DNA of 64,000 bases from the IMG/VR virus record IMGVR_UViG_3300037067_012588. One strand, given 5' to 3'. Position numbers and translations under genes: made by a program. Shown here piece by piece: positions 7,704 through 16,952 of this stretch. The stretch's first letter is position 1, and every line of letters starts with the position of its first letter. Below the pieces are notes generated by a model. That model worked only from the letters and a program-made list of their open reading frames with translations, was not told where the DNA came from and searched no databases. The stretch comes from a virus (lineage: Duplodnaviria > Caudoviricetes).

Positions 7704-7913
7704 TCAATCTTTTCCACCCGGCCATCCACTACTAACCTCATTGAAGAACTTCTTCTTAGTCTCTTCATCCATGTCAGCAGGAGTCTCAACACCATACTTG
7801 TCCAGCTTGCCCATGAAGTATTCCTGATATTTCTTCTGCTTCTCACTCAGCTCTTTACCGACAAGAGTCTTCGCCAAACGAAGAATTTCTTCCGCAACCT
7901 GTTTCTTGTTCAT
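7704..7913 (-). CDS. Small protein with N-terminal helix tag (MNKKQVAEEILRLAKTL)
   Basis: RBS AAGGAG; shared N-terminal motif. Confidence 0.8.
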   Translation of the reverse strand: MNKKQVAEEILRLAKTLVGKELSEKQKKYQEYFMGKLDKYGVETPADMDEETKKKFFNEVSSGWPGGKD

Positions 7914-7935
7914 TTCTCTTCTCCTTTTCGAAAAA

Positions 7936-8316
7936 TCAGTCCTGAAAGAAAGTTCCTTCAATCTTGATACTGTTATGACGAAACACATCAACCACCAACT
8001 CATCACTACCTCGATACTGAAAAACATACACACAATGCAAACCTACAGCATCTGTATACCACCCCTCATCCTGCCACCAGTTTGCAATCTTCAAGCTTTT
8101 TGCTATCGACGCCATCTTTGCTTCTGCCTCGATAATCTTTTTGGCAATATCACCCCCCTCTGCTTCCTCAATCTTTATGTCAATATCGACCGTAATCGTT
8201 GAGAAAATTTCATGTGCCGCTTGTCTATACACGGCAGAATATGCCACAGTGACAAACGAAGCAACCAACGACTTCGCCAAACCAAGAACCTCTTCAGCAA
8301 TCGCTTTCCTGTTCAC
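7936..8316 (-). CDS. Hypothetical protein with N-terminal helix tag (MNRKAIAEEVLGLAKSL)
   Basis: ORF overlaps the upstream stop codon; shared motif. Confidence 0.75.
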   Translation of the reverse strand: MNRKAIAEEVLGLAKSLVASFVTVAYSAVYRQAAHEIFSTITVDIDIKIEEAEGGDIAKKIIEAEAKMASIAKSLKIANWWQDEGWYTDAVGLHCVYVFQYRGSDELVVDVFRHNSIKIEGTFFQD

Positions 8317-8714
8317 TTTTCACCCTCCATCTTCTTCAAACGTGTATAGTAATCCTTCAACTCAGACAAGTGCGACAATGCTATCACCTCGGCAACATCT
8401 GCATCCGAAGTGTGTTCCTTCTCCACCTCAATACCCATCTTCAACTCTTTGGGGTCTGCATCCTTCGATTCAAAACCCTTCTTCGAAGCCCGGCCGCCAA
8501 ACAACACGTTCGCAAACTTCGTCGCAAGACGATAGATGGTCTTCTCAACCTCGTGAACATTGAGCTTGCGCTTCTCTGCCCAAGCATGAATAACGTCGTC
8601 TGCAGGATTCGGGTTCTCAAAAAGAAACTTCGCAAGCTCTGCCTCAAGGTCATCTTTCGATAAAATACTCCGAGCCATGCCTATCAACTCACCAGCAATC
8701 TGCTTCCTATCCAT
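8313..8714 (-). CDS. DUF5661-like protein with N-terminal helix tag
   Basis: ELKMGIEVEKEHTSD...IALSHLSELKDYYTRL resembles the phage DUF5661 family. Confidence 0.7.
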   Translation of the reverse strand: MDRKQIAGELIGMARSILSKDDLEAELAKFLFENPNPADDVIHAWAEKRKLNVHEVEKTIYRLATKFANVLFGGRASKKGFESKDADPKELKMGIEVEKEHTSDADVAEVIALSHLSELKDYYTRLKKMEGEK

Positions 8715-8724
8715 TTTCTTCTCC

Positions 8725-9075
8725 TCATTCCCTTGTCGCTAAATACACGACCCTATCCGCTGGAATCGTGTTCCTCACCCGAACCTCTATAATCCTGTTC
8801 GTTCCGTCATTCCTCAAATCAATCCTGTCTGAGTCCAAAAGAAGAACCTGATACAAATCCATCTCTGGAAGCCCTTCTGGAAACATCGGCTCAACATAAG
8901 TCAATGCCGTATCTGCTTCAGGCGAAGTGCAAATATATGGAATTATCCACTTCTCTTCCTTGCCAGAAACCTCGTTGAAATACTGAAGCTCCGACATCAG
9001 TATCTTCAACCCCTCTTGAAGAATACTCTTCCTGTTTACGGTCGGAGACCAATGATAAACCGTTGTCAACCTCAT
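8725..9075 (-). CDS. Small ART-fold / Tpt1(KptA) NAD-binding-domain-like protein
   Basis: VYHWS...SILQEGL...YICTS, and C-terminal NTIPADRV. Confidence 0.5.
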   Translation of the reverse strand: MRLTTVYHWSPTVNRKSILQEGLKILMSELQYFNEVSGKEEKWIIPYICTSPEADTALTYVEPMFPEGLPEMDLYQVLLLDSDRIDLRNDGTNRIIEVRVRNTIPADRVVYLATRE

Positions 9076-10715
9076 TTCATGTCCCTCAAGGCTTTCTCTG
9101 CTTCTCCCTTGGATAACTCCTCTCCACGGGAAGCATACTCGTCAGCCAAGTCCATCAAATACTTTCCAGCCTCGCCAACCTCGGGCAAACGCTTCCTGTC
9201 ATTAGGAGATATTCCAAGAATTGTCATAATCTCAAGACCATTCAAGACAGGCTTGCTCTGCATCTTTACAGGAGCCTCACGAACACGACGAACCTTCTCC
9301 CGCACCAAAGAGACCTCATCCGAGACTGGAAGCGAACCCATCTCGTCTGCAGCCGCTTGGTCAAGAACCGCATCAACTATCTCGTCCCCAAGGTCACGAA
9401 TGAACTTCCGAATACCCTTATCATCTGCCTTCACCAAGTGATACGGACGCATATGGTTCTTCACAACCATCGTCACCTTCTTGATGGTCTCCGCATCGAA
9501 CTTCAACCGATACAAGATAGCCTTTGCCATCTCCGCCCCAACATCCTCATGCCCAAGAAACCGTATCGCATCCCCAACAACCTCCTGAGAAGCTGGCTTC
9601 CCTACATCATGAAGCAATGCAGCCAACTGCCCTTCAATGGTCGCAGGAGCGTTTTTCAACACCAATATCGTATGCTTGAACACATCCCCCTCACCATGAA
9701 ACTTCTTCGGCTGCTTGACTCCAACCATGTTTTGGACTTCTGGAAGAACATACTTCAGCAAACCAGTCATCTTCATCAAACGCACTGCCTGACTCAACTT
9801 GCCAAGCTTCATAACCTTCGTCAACTCACCCATGATTCGCTCAGCCGAAACAATCTGAATCCTCTGAGCATTCCTCTTCACGGTATTCAAAACCGACAAA
9901 GGTATCTTCCACCCGTATTTGGCTTGAAAACGAACCAAACGAATCATGCGAAGCGGGTCATCGCTGAAAATCTTATCCAGCGAAACCCTCGGATGACCTC
10001 GGAGAACTCCATTCTCAATGTCATTCTTGCTGACACCAGTCATATCAACAATCTCACCAGTCGTCAAATCCTTCAGAAGCATGTTTGTTGTAAAATCACG
10101 CCTCTCAATATCCTCCTCAAGTGTTCCCGGCATGATTGACCTTTGCCTTGATGTGTCATCGGGGAACTGCTCCTTCATCGTGTCCGCAAACTCAATAACA
10201 GCTCCGTTGGTTTGAAACGTGTCACCCTCAAACGTAATATCCTCACGGAACGTAATCTGCCAGATTGGATAGTTTGCACCCATCTGACGAGGCTGAGTTA
10301 TAGCACCCTTGAACATACCCTTGAGGTATTTCGTCAATCGCTCCGAACCGCCAGATTCAGAAACAACAATATCCAAGTCCTTCGCCTCAAGACCCATGTA
10401 TTCATCTCTGATATAGCCACCAACAGCGTGCGCTTTGCCAGCCCACGGTGTTCCCGGTAAAACCACTCGAAGCAACCGCTCAACTTCTTTCTCGGCTGTC
10501 GAACCTGTCTTTTTCATTGCCGTCCTCTCCACTCGAAACTTTTTCAAATACTGAATCGCTTGCCCATTTGCCCCATGCCGAAGCATCTGGTCTACCTTGC
10601 CCTTGTGAAACGGAGAAACCCCTGTCGCAACGTATTTCTTGTCACCAATGAAATACATCAGCTCTTCATAAGATGGAATATAAGACAAAATAACAACCTT
10701 CGGGGCAGAATCCAT
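9072..10715 (-). CDS. cca: CCA tRNA nucleotidyltransferase with HD domain
   Basis: VGGYIRD, DLDIVV, EDIERRDFTTN, DDPLRMIRLVRF, SAERI, HGEGDVFKHT, LLHDVGK. Confidence 0.93.
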   Translation of the reverse strand: MDSAPKVVILSYIPSYEELMYFIGDKKYVATGVSPFHKGKVDQMLRHGANGQAIQYLKKFRVERTAMKKTGSTAEKEVERLLRVVLPGTPWAGKAHAVGGYIRDEYMGLEAKDLDIVVSESGGSERLTKYLKGMFKGAITQPRQMGANYPIWQITFREDITFEGDTFQTNGAVIEFADTMKEQFPDDTSRQRSIMPGTLEEDIERRDFTTNMLLKDLTTGEIVDMTGVSKNDIENGVLRGHPRVSLDKIFSDDPLRMIRLVRFQAKYGWKIPLSVLNTVKRNAQRIQIVSAERIMGELTKVMKLGKLSQAVRLMKMTGLLKYVLPEVQNMVGVKQPKKFHGEGDVFKHTILVLKNAPATIEGQLAALLHDVGKPASQEVVGDAIRFLGHEDVGAEMAKAILYRLKFDAETIKKVTMVVKNHMRPYHLVKADDKGIRKFIRDLGDEIVDAVLDQAAADEMGSLPVSDEVSLVREKVRRVREAPVKMQSKPVLNGLEIMTILGISPNDRKRLPEVGEAGKYLMDLADEYASRGEELSKGEAEKALRDMK

Positions 10716-10798
10716 CTGTTTCTCCTAAAAAAATACCGAGTGGATTGGCGTCCACCCGGCATCGTATATACCCATTCAATCAGATTCTGAAAAGATTT

Positions 10799-11563
10799 TC
10801 AGAACCGATACAAAGCCGAAAAACCAACCGTAACGTTTTCATCATCCGCAACGTTGTCACGAATGTTGTCGTTCCACAAATCCGTATACGAAACACTTGG
10901 ACCAAACTCAAACCTATCGTTCACAACCATCAAAGAAAGACCAGCATGCCAGTTTGAAATACCGTGAGAGTCCTCGTTGAAATAGTATTCGTTGTAATCC
11001 TGAGAACCCCAACCAGCACCAATATCAGGCTTCGCAACAAGAGTGCAATCACGACCAAGAAGACCAAACTTCACCAGATTGAAATCCTTGAAGAAGTCCT
11101 GAGAAACATACGCACCCTCAACCTCATCAATGTCAAAGTTCGCCACAGTCTTGCTGTGAATGTCCATCGGAAGAGTAATGTCAAAACCAGCATACAACTC
11201 AACAGTTGAGTCAGTATCTGTATTCGGATAATTGAAAGAAGAAATACCAGCCAATAAATTCACCTGACGAAGAAGAATACCTCCACCAAGAATTTCCTTA
11301 TTGATTCCAAATGTTACATCCATCTCAGTGAAATCACCACCATTGTCATTCTCATTCGTTACATCAATGTTTCCAAACAGATTGACCTCAAAGATACCCT
11401 TCTTGATGAGAACTTCCGACTGAACAACTGGGTCATTACTCACACGCACACCACGCCACATGTATTTGCTCTGAAGTGTCGACTTGATATCAACCGTCAA
11501 CTCCGAAGCACTCGCAGAAACAGAAACCAACACAACCACCAACAACAACAAAAACCTCTTCAT
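10799..11563 (-). CDS. Outer-membrane beta-barrel protein (TorF/TIGR02001-like putative porin)
   Basis: Signal peptide MKRFLLLLVVVLVSVSASA, SKYMWRG motif, amphipathic strands, C-terminal YRF. Confidence 0.7.
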   Translation of the reverse strand: MKRFLLLLVVVLVSVSASASELTVDIKSTLQSKYMWRGVRVSNDPVVQSEVLIKKGIFEVNLFGNIDVTNENDNGGDFTEMDVTFGINKEILGGGILLRQVNLLAGISSFNYPNTDTDSTVELYAGFDITLPMDIHSKTVANFDIDEVEGAYVSQDFFKDFNLVKFGLLGRDCTLVAKPDIGAGWGSQDYNEYYFNEDSHGISNWHAGLSLMVVNDRFEFGPSVSYTDLWNDNIRDNVADDENVTVGFSALYRF

Positions 11564-11661
11564 CGTATTGCCTCCAAAAACAACCGCCCCATACAGGGCA
11601 AATAAAACCATACCACACAGTCTCTGATTATACCACAAGACAGGATTTTACCAAGCACTAT

Positions 11662-12849
11662 TTATTTCGGCTTTACTGCTACAGTAATGTGGAATTCATG
11701 CTTTCCAAACATCTTTGGGGTAAAGCCATACTTCTTGCGCAAAGCTTCCAACTCCTTCGACTCAACTGTTACAAACCACACTCGCTCCATCTCGTCCCAT
11801 CCCTCTGGATTTACCGACTCAACAGAACGCAAGAAAAACGGGAAAATCTCCCCCTCTTCAGGAATAATCTTCGGCATACCCTCAAGCTCTTCATCAGTGA
11901 ACACAGAAATGTGCGCACCATGAGCATCATCGTATTGCATCCCTCTCGTCTTTATGGCATTAAACACAGACCTCTTGAAGTCTTCTGGAACCTTCAGAAC
12001 GCCATACGAACCATCACCTTCCTGAATCATAAAACGACCAACCATCGGAACATTTTTGTATTCTATATCCGTATCACTAGAGGCATACTTTTGCATTTTC
12101 TTTTTCTTTTCATCAATATGTTTCCGAAGCAAAACAGGAACATTATCCCAACAAAACTTCTCTTCTTTGTCATAATCACGATTCGGAATATCTTCATCCT
12201 TGGGAAAAAATTTCCCGTCTTCCTCAACAAGATGAATATTCCCAGATGACTTATCTGGAATCAAACAAAATCGATCCGAATAATTCCCTTTACTTTCCTG
12301 ACAACAGAAATAATACGATGATTCCTGCCAATCACCACCAGCAGAATGAAGCTCACATTTGAAACGCACAACATCTCCAACAATAATACCCTTCGGAGTA
12401 GTCCATGCATTTTCAGGCGTATCTACAGATATTGACTTCTGTGATATCGCTTCATCATTTTCCAAATCAAACGAAATACCAGATTCTTCGCTTGCCTCAG
12501 AAAACAACTTCCTCCATTCAGTTTTTTCCAAGTCCTTGAAATTGAAAAAATTCTTGTCGAGACCAGCAACCTTCGTATATCTGTCTCCAAACTTGGACAC
12601 CAAATCATGTTTGTCCAAAAGTTTCCTAAACCGACTATCTGTCTTCAATTTCTCACCAACAGTTTCGATAATCTCTGTCCGTGCCTTCGATAATGCGTCC
12701 TGAATTATTCGTGAAAACTCAGGAACTACATCTGCTGGAACAGTCTTATCCCGCTCAAGAGTGTTCTCATGCGCAAATTGGTCAACGTTCACCACAAAGG
12801 TAACATCGCCACGATCAGCAAGAAGAATAGAACCACGACGATAAGACAT
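11662..12849 (-). CDS. Multidomain protein with C-terminal 2H phosphoesterase domain
   Basis: Two HxS/T motifs, GAHISVF and EFHITVA, about 70 aa apart. Confidence 0.7.
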   Translation of the reverse strand: MSYRRGSILLADRGDVTFVVNVDQFAHENTLERDKTVPADVVPEFSRIIQDALSKARTEIIETVGEKLKTDSRFRKLLDKHDLVSKFGDRYTKVAGLDKNFFNFKDLEKTEWRKLFSEASEESGISFDLENDEAISQKSISVDTPENAWTTPKGIIVGDVVRFKCELHSAGGDWQESSYYFCCQESKGNYSDRFCLIPDKSSGNIHLVEEDGKFFPKDEDIPNRDYDKEEKFCWDNVPVLLRKHIDEKKKKMQKYASSDTDIEYKNVPMVGRFMIQEGDGSYGVLKVPEDFKRSVFNAIKTRGMQYDDAHGAHISVFTDEELEGMPKIIPEEGEIFPFFLRSVESVNPEGWDEMERVWFVTVESKELEALRKKYGFTPKMFGKHEFHITVAVKPK

Positions 12850-12852
12850 TTC

Positions 12853-13155
12853 TCAACTCCCAGATTTTGTCGAAAAATAACCCAAATGAAACGCACCAGC
12901 TAACTTCTTGTGCGCTAATTTAAGAGAATCAATTGCCTGAGATACAGACTGAATACCTGCACGTCGTTTCTGTTGTAAGGCTTGGTCTATCTCCTTAGAC
13001 GTACTCATCTTATCTACCAAACTTTCAAGAGATGACAAAACATCTTGAACATCCTTAATAGCTGAAAAAACAACACCACGCTCCAAAACAGACACCTCAG
13101 AGATAAGCTCCTTAGCAATACTCAATATCTCTCCAGCAACAACCCTCTTATCCAT
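12853..13155 (-). CDS. Helical protein with N-terminal helix tag (MDKRVVAGEILSIAKELI)
   Basis: RBS GGGAGG; shared motif. Confidence 0.75.
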   Translation of the reverse strand: MDKRVVAGEILSIAKELISEVSVLERGVVFSAIKDVQDVLSSLESLVDKMSTSKEIDQALQQKRRAGIQSVSQAIDSLKLAHKKLAGAFHLGYFSTKSGS

Positions 13156-13178
13156 GAAACACCTCCCAAAAAAAAGTT

Positions 13179-13263
13179 TGAGGAGCACTTGAGACATCCT
13201 TGTCCACTTGGGAGAGCTCGAAGCCGCCCTCATGGTCTGGGTTGTCTACGTCTTACTCCCTCA
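13179..13263 (-). ncRNA. Rod-shaped structured RNA candidate
   Basis: Nested stems TGAGGGAGT/GCTCCTCA, AGACGT/ATGTCT, GAGGGC/GCTCTC, followed by a T run; intergenic. Confidence 0.45.
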
Positions 13264-13273
13264 CCATCTTTCT

Positions 13274-13645
13274 TCAAACGACATAAATCTTCGAATGAAC
13301 AGATTCAAAATCAACTCGACGAACTGTCTTGATCGTAAACCCACTCATCTCTGAAAGTTCACTCGTCACCGTATTCCGAATCGCAAATTTGAAATAATTG
13401 TGCTTCTGATTCCGAAAATATTGGTCAACAACATCCCAACGAGAGGAACCCTTCTTGAGATATCCACGCAAACGATATCGCTTCCCAATATGTTCCGTAT
13501 AAACCTTCTCATCCCAAGGACGAATATGATCTCCCTTGTAATGACGAGTGTAACTGTAAATCTCAACCTGACACCATGCTGGAATAACTTCCAACTCAAC
13601 AATACCAGTACCTGTTTCCACATTCCGTAACTTTGGAGCATTCAT
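13274..13645 (-). CDS. Hypothetical protein
   Basis: ORF with RBS AGGAG. Confidence 0.7.
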   Translation of the reverse strand: MNAPKLRNVETGTGIVELEVIPAWCQVEIYSYTRHYKGDHIRPWDEKVYTEHIGKRYRLRGYLKKGSSRWDVVDQYFRNQKHNYFKFAIRNTVTSELSEMSGFTIKTVRRVDFESVHSKIYVV

Positions 13646-13729
13646 GGCTGATTCTCCTGTTGGATGTAAAATATCTACTCACCCAACAGATAGACATAAA
13701 CTTTTTATTACACCAATACAGATTCTGTA

Positions 13730-14572
13730 TCACTTGTAGACAGCCACAAATTGACCGTTAATCGCATTGTGGTCTTCTCCAACACGAACCTCAAACACCC
13801 AACCACCAACATGCGCTGCCAATCCCTGACGAGCCATAAACGGAGTTTGGCGACAAAATGTTCCAGATTGACAAATACAAATGTTCCGATAAGAAGGAAT
13901 CATCTCAGCCTTGTGATAGTGTCCAATACACAACATCTGTGGCTTCAGTCCTCCCTCTATCGATTCCGCTATCTTCTGAGCACGATACGAAACCGCATAC
14001 GATGAACCTCCACCAGGATGCAATAACATAATCTCATACGGACCATTTGGTGTCTCATAACGAATACGAGCTTGGTCTTCTCCCAAAAATTTCCACCCCT
14101 CACGACGCTCCTCAAGTTCCTTGCCAACAGAAACACCACAAAGATTCTTAAACGATGAATCGTGGTTCCCTGTAATAAAACTCACACGAACCTTCGAAGA
14201 CAAACGCAACGAACCAAATCGCTCAAGCTGCGCCTCCAAACCAACATCACGAACCTCAAACTCCTGACCACGATATATCTTGTGACCATCCAATACATCG
14301 CCTGTCACATAACAGTCATCAATACCAAGACTCTCAAGATAATCAAAATAACCCTCAAGAGCACCATCATGTGCATACAAACTGCCAATATGCAAATCAC
14401 CAATTATTCCAAAACGAAGCAAACATTCCTTACTCTTCTCCACATGAACCTTGTTCTGAACTCCGGATAATGCCTCTACTTTCCGACGCTCAACCTCCAA
14501 CGAACGCTCAAGTGCCGTAATCTTCGGCTGACCATGAGCACCTTCAAAATCTGAAAGACTTTTTCCAGCCAT
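13730..14572 (-). CDS. Calcineurin-like metallophosphoesterase
   Basis: GDLHIG, TGDVLDG, GNHD, LLHP, GHYH. Confidence 0.9.
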   Translation of the reverse strand: MAGKSLSDFEGAHGQPKITALERSLEVERRKVEALSGVQNKVHVEKSKECLLRFGIIGDLHIGSLYAHDGALEGYFDYLESLGIDDCYVTGDVLDGHKIYRGQEFEVRDVGLEAQLERFGSLRLSSKVRVSFITGNHDSSFKNLCGVSVGKELEERREGWKFLGEDQARIRYETPNGPYEIMLLHPGGGSSYAVSYRAQKIAESIEGGLKPQMLCIGHYHKAEMIPSYRNICICQSGTFCRQTPFMARQGLAAHVGGWVFEVRVGEDHNAINGQFVAVYK

Positions 14573-14591
14573 CACAAACACTCCTCTCAAT

Positions 14592-15026
14592 CTATATCAT
14601 CTGACGCATCTGTGCCGCAAACGATTTCGTACCAGCCCACGCACGACGTCCATCTTTCCCTGTCAAAACTACAAAATCCAAAAATTGTTCACGATAATTC
14701 GATAGGTCATTCAAAGACACTCCTGCCAACTTCGCAAAATCAACCTCATATTCCCAACCAGCTCCAAGCTTCTTCAAGCCTTCCTTAATCCGATGAGGAA
14801 TTATAAAACTCTTGTCATACAACTGACGAAATTCACTCAAACTCTTCTTCTTAACTTCTGCCTTCGAAACACTTGCCTTCTTCACCTCACGATTGGAATC
14901 ACACTCCAAACAAAGATATCTCGCCAAACAACGAGATACCGTACTCTGATGAACACCAAGCTCAGCCGCTGCCTTCGTCATCGATCCACATTTCTTCACC
15001 ATCTTCTGCACAAACTTCGCATCCAT
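14592..15026 (-). CDS. Helix-turn-helix protein
   Basis: GSMTKAAAELGVHQSTVSR. Confidence 0.75.
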   Translation of the reverse strand: MDAKFVQKMVKKCGSMTKAAAELGVHQSTVSRCLARYLCLECDSNREVKKASVSKAEVKKKSLSEFRQLYDKSFIIPHRIKEGLKKLGAGWEYEVDFAKLAGVSLNDLSNYREQFLDFVVLTGKDGRRAWAGTKSFAAQMRQMI

Positions 15027-15158
15027 ATCAAAACTCCCTCATTCTCATCTTGACAGAGGCTCACAAACCCCCGAGTTAATATAAAACACCCCACCATACC
15101 ACCTATAGACTCAAAAACGCACCATAAGCCCCGTATCGCTTACAAATGCCTATCAAAC

Positions 15159-15728
15159 TCAGTCATCTCGACCTATCAAACGTGCCACTATCGCTAACTC
15201 ACGGGTTATGGCCAATTTATCACTACGAGAACCCATCTTCCTTCGATTGCCCTGACAATCACGCATCTCAGAAACAGAAAGCTTTCGTAACTCCTCCTGC
15301 ATACCAGATATACCAGCAATAAAATAGGCACACTCGGCTGCTTTCGAATCCTCTCCCTTGTCTGAACCAAACTCCTCAGCTCGACTTATCAACCGATTGA
15401 AAAAATTGTGACCCCATGTCATCGCAAAACCAGTACCCAAGGACTCTGCCTCTTTCCTCCATGACTTCTTAAAAAAATCCAGAACTCCAGCTCCCCTACG
15501 CATATTCATCTCTTCACTCCCTTGTCTTGGATTACGCCACTTACGCTTCTCTCGACTACACCCCTTGGGCTTGCCGTAACATGACTTCTTTTCTACCTTG
15601 TCCATCTCTGTCTTAAGCTCATGACGATTCTCTCGATTGAATTTCCGCTTACGCTTTAACTCCAAACGACGACTCACTCCCCTCAAAGGGTTCTCTTTCG
15701 TAACCTCAGATGGCTTAATCTCTGACAT
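15159..15728 (-). CDS. Basic hypothetical protein
   Basis: Long ORF, Arg/Lys-rich N-terminus. Confidence 0.65.
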   Translation of the reverse strand: MSEIKPSEVTKENPLRGVSRRLELKRKRKFNRENRHELKTEMDKVEKKSCYGKPKGCSREKRKWRNPRQGSEEMNMRRGAGVLDFFKKSWRKEAESLGTGFAMTWGHNFFNRLISRAEEFGSDKGEDSKAAECAYFIAGISGMQEELRKLSVSEMRDCQGNRRKMGSRSDKLAITRELAIVARLIGRDD

Positions 15729-15873
15729 AAAAAACTCCACTCGTCTTATTGCTAAAAAGAAAAGCAATACCTGTTATGTATTATTATATGTATACTCATC
15801 GATTCAATGAACAAACACTTCGTATAACTGTCCATTGTCTAAGAGAGATACAAAAATAGAGAAAAAAGGCTTC

Positions 15874-15911
15874 TACCTTCATCTCCGAGGTTTTTTACCT
15901 ACATCTCCGAG
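15874..15911. repeat. Tandem 16-bp direct repeat with a 22-bp period
   Basis: TACCT(T/A)CATCTCCGAG at 15874 and 15896, next to an AT-rich gap. Confidence 0.6.
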
Positions 15912-16329
15912 TTTTGAGATTTGAAACGAACAGTTTTTTTGCAACACGTTCAGCAATTGAAGAGAGTCTGATACCGTGTTTTTCGCCATATGTGATGAGA
16001 CCCTCTTGAAGCTGACGGGTCTTTTGTTTGTCGGTATCCGTCTTTGCTTCGCCGATTTGTCGCTTGGCTGTATCGAGAAGACTCTTTAATCCTTTCTCAA
16101 CATCAGCTTTTGTTTTGTCTTTGAAGTGTTCATTCAGGCGATTATGAACGAGCGAATGCGCTTCTTGTTCTCCTAGACGACCAGGTTTGGCTCCATCCTC
16201 TGGCTTTCGATATTCACCTTTTCCATCTGTACAAGTCTGACCTGTTGATGACGGCTTCCAGCCAGACGGACAAGTAATGGCAAGAATCTTATGAGCTATA
16301 AGGATGAGTTCATGGGAGACTCGGTTCAT
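15895..16329 (-). CDS. Hypothetical protein with N-terminal helix tag (MNRVSHELILIAHKIL)
   Basis: ORF; weaker match to the shared motif. Confidence 0.7.
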   Translation of the reverse strand: MNRVSHELILIAHKILAITCPSGWKPSSTGQTCTDGKGEYRKPEDGAKPGRLGEQEAHSLVHNRLNEHFKDKTKADVEKGLKSLLDTAKRQIGEAKTDTDKQKTRQLQEGLITYGEKHGIRLSSIAERVAKKLFVSNLKTRRCR

Positions 16330-16343
16330 TGGACATATACCCT

Positions 16344-16607
16344 TCAGACTGTATAGCCAGCTTTGTTGAGGATTATTCCAATCTCGTCAAGAGCATCATA
16401 GACATCTTGGATTTTGGAATGAACAGCTTTTGTTGTAGCAGCGTCAACTTCTTTACGAATACCAGCCATAAAACTGTCGGATGTCTTCGTGTAATCGATT
16501 GACATTTTTCCATAGGATGTGCGAGTTTCTTTACTGAGCGTTTTGTCTTCTGCCAAAAGCTGCTTGGAAAGGCTCAAAAGTTTTGCTGCAACCTGTTTGC
16601 GATTCAT
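16344..16607 (-). CDS. Small protein with N-terminal helix tag (MNRKQVAAKLLSLSKQL)
   Basis: RBS GGAGG; shared motif. Confidence 0.75.
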   Translation of the reverse strand: MNRKQVAAKLLSLSKQLLAEDKTLSKETRTSYGKMSIDYTKTSDSFMAGIRKEVDAATTKAVHSKIQDVYDALDEIGIILNKAGYTV

Positions 16608-16625
16608 CGCTTGTTCCTCCAAAAG

Positions 16626-16656
16626 AAAAAGGTGACTGGGAACAAACCCAGTCACC
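16626..16656 (-). terminator. Intrinsic terminator-like hairpin
   Basis: GGTGACTGGG/CCCAGTCACC 10-bp stem plus a T tract on the minus strand. Confidence 0.65.
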
Positions 16657-16684
16657 CATCTCATAATTATAGAAAAAATATAGG

Positions 16685-16951
16685 TTAATCTTTTGGTTGT
16701 GAAATCTCTGCCTTCATTATCAAATCCCTGATTCGTATTAGATCGGAAAGCTTTCGGAGAATCTCAATCTCCATATCCAGAGCCTTTTGGAAATAGGCAT
16801 CCGCTTGTTCACCGTTCTTATGTTTCAGGTTCGCTTCGCCTTGTTTGACGAACGAATCCCACTGGTCTTTTGCTGCATCATAGATGGCTATTTTCTCTCT
16901 CAGTGACTTGCGCATAACGGAAGTAACCCATGAATAAGTCAGTTTTCCCAT
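16685..16951 (-). CDS. Hypothetical helical protein
   Basis: MGKLTYSW start. Confidence 0.6.
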   Translation of the reverse strand: MGKLTYSWVTSVMRKSLREKIAIYDAAKDQWDSFVKQGEANLKHKNGEQADAYFQKALDMEIEILRKLSDLIRIRDLIMKAEISQPKD

Positions 16952-16952
16952 C

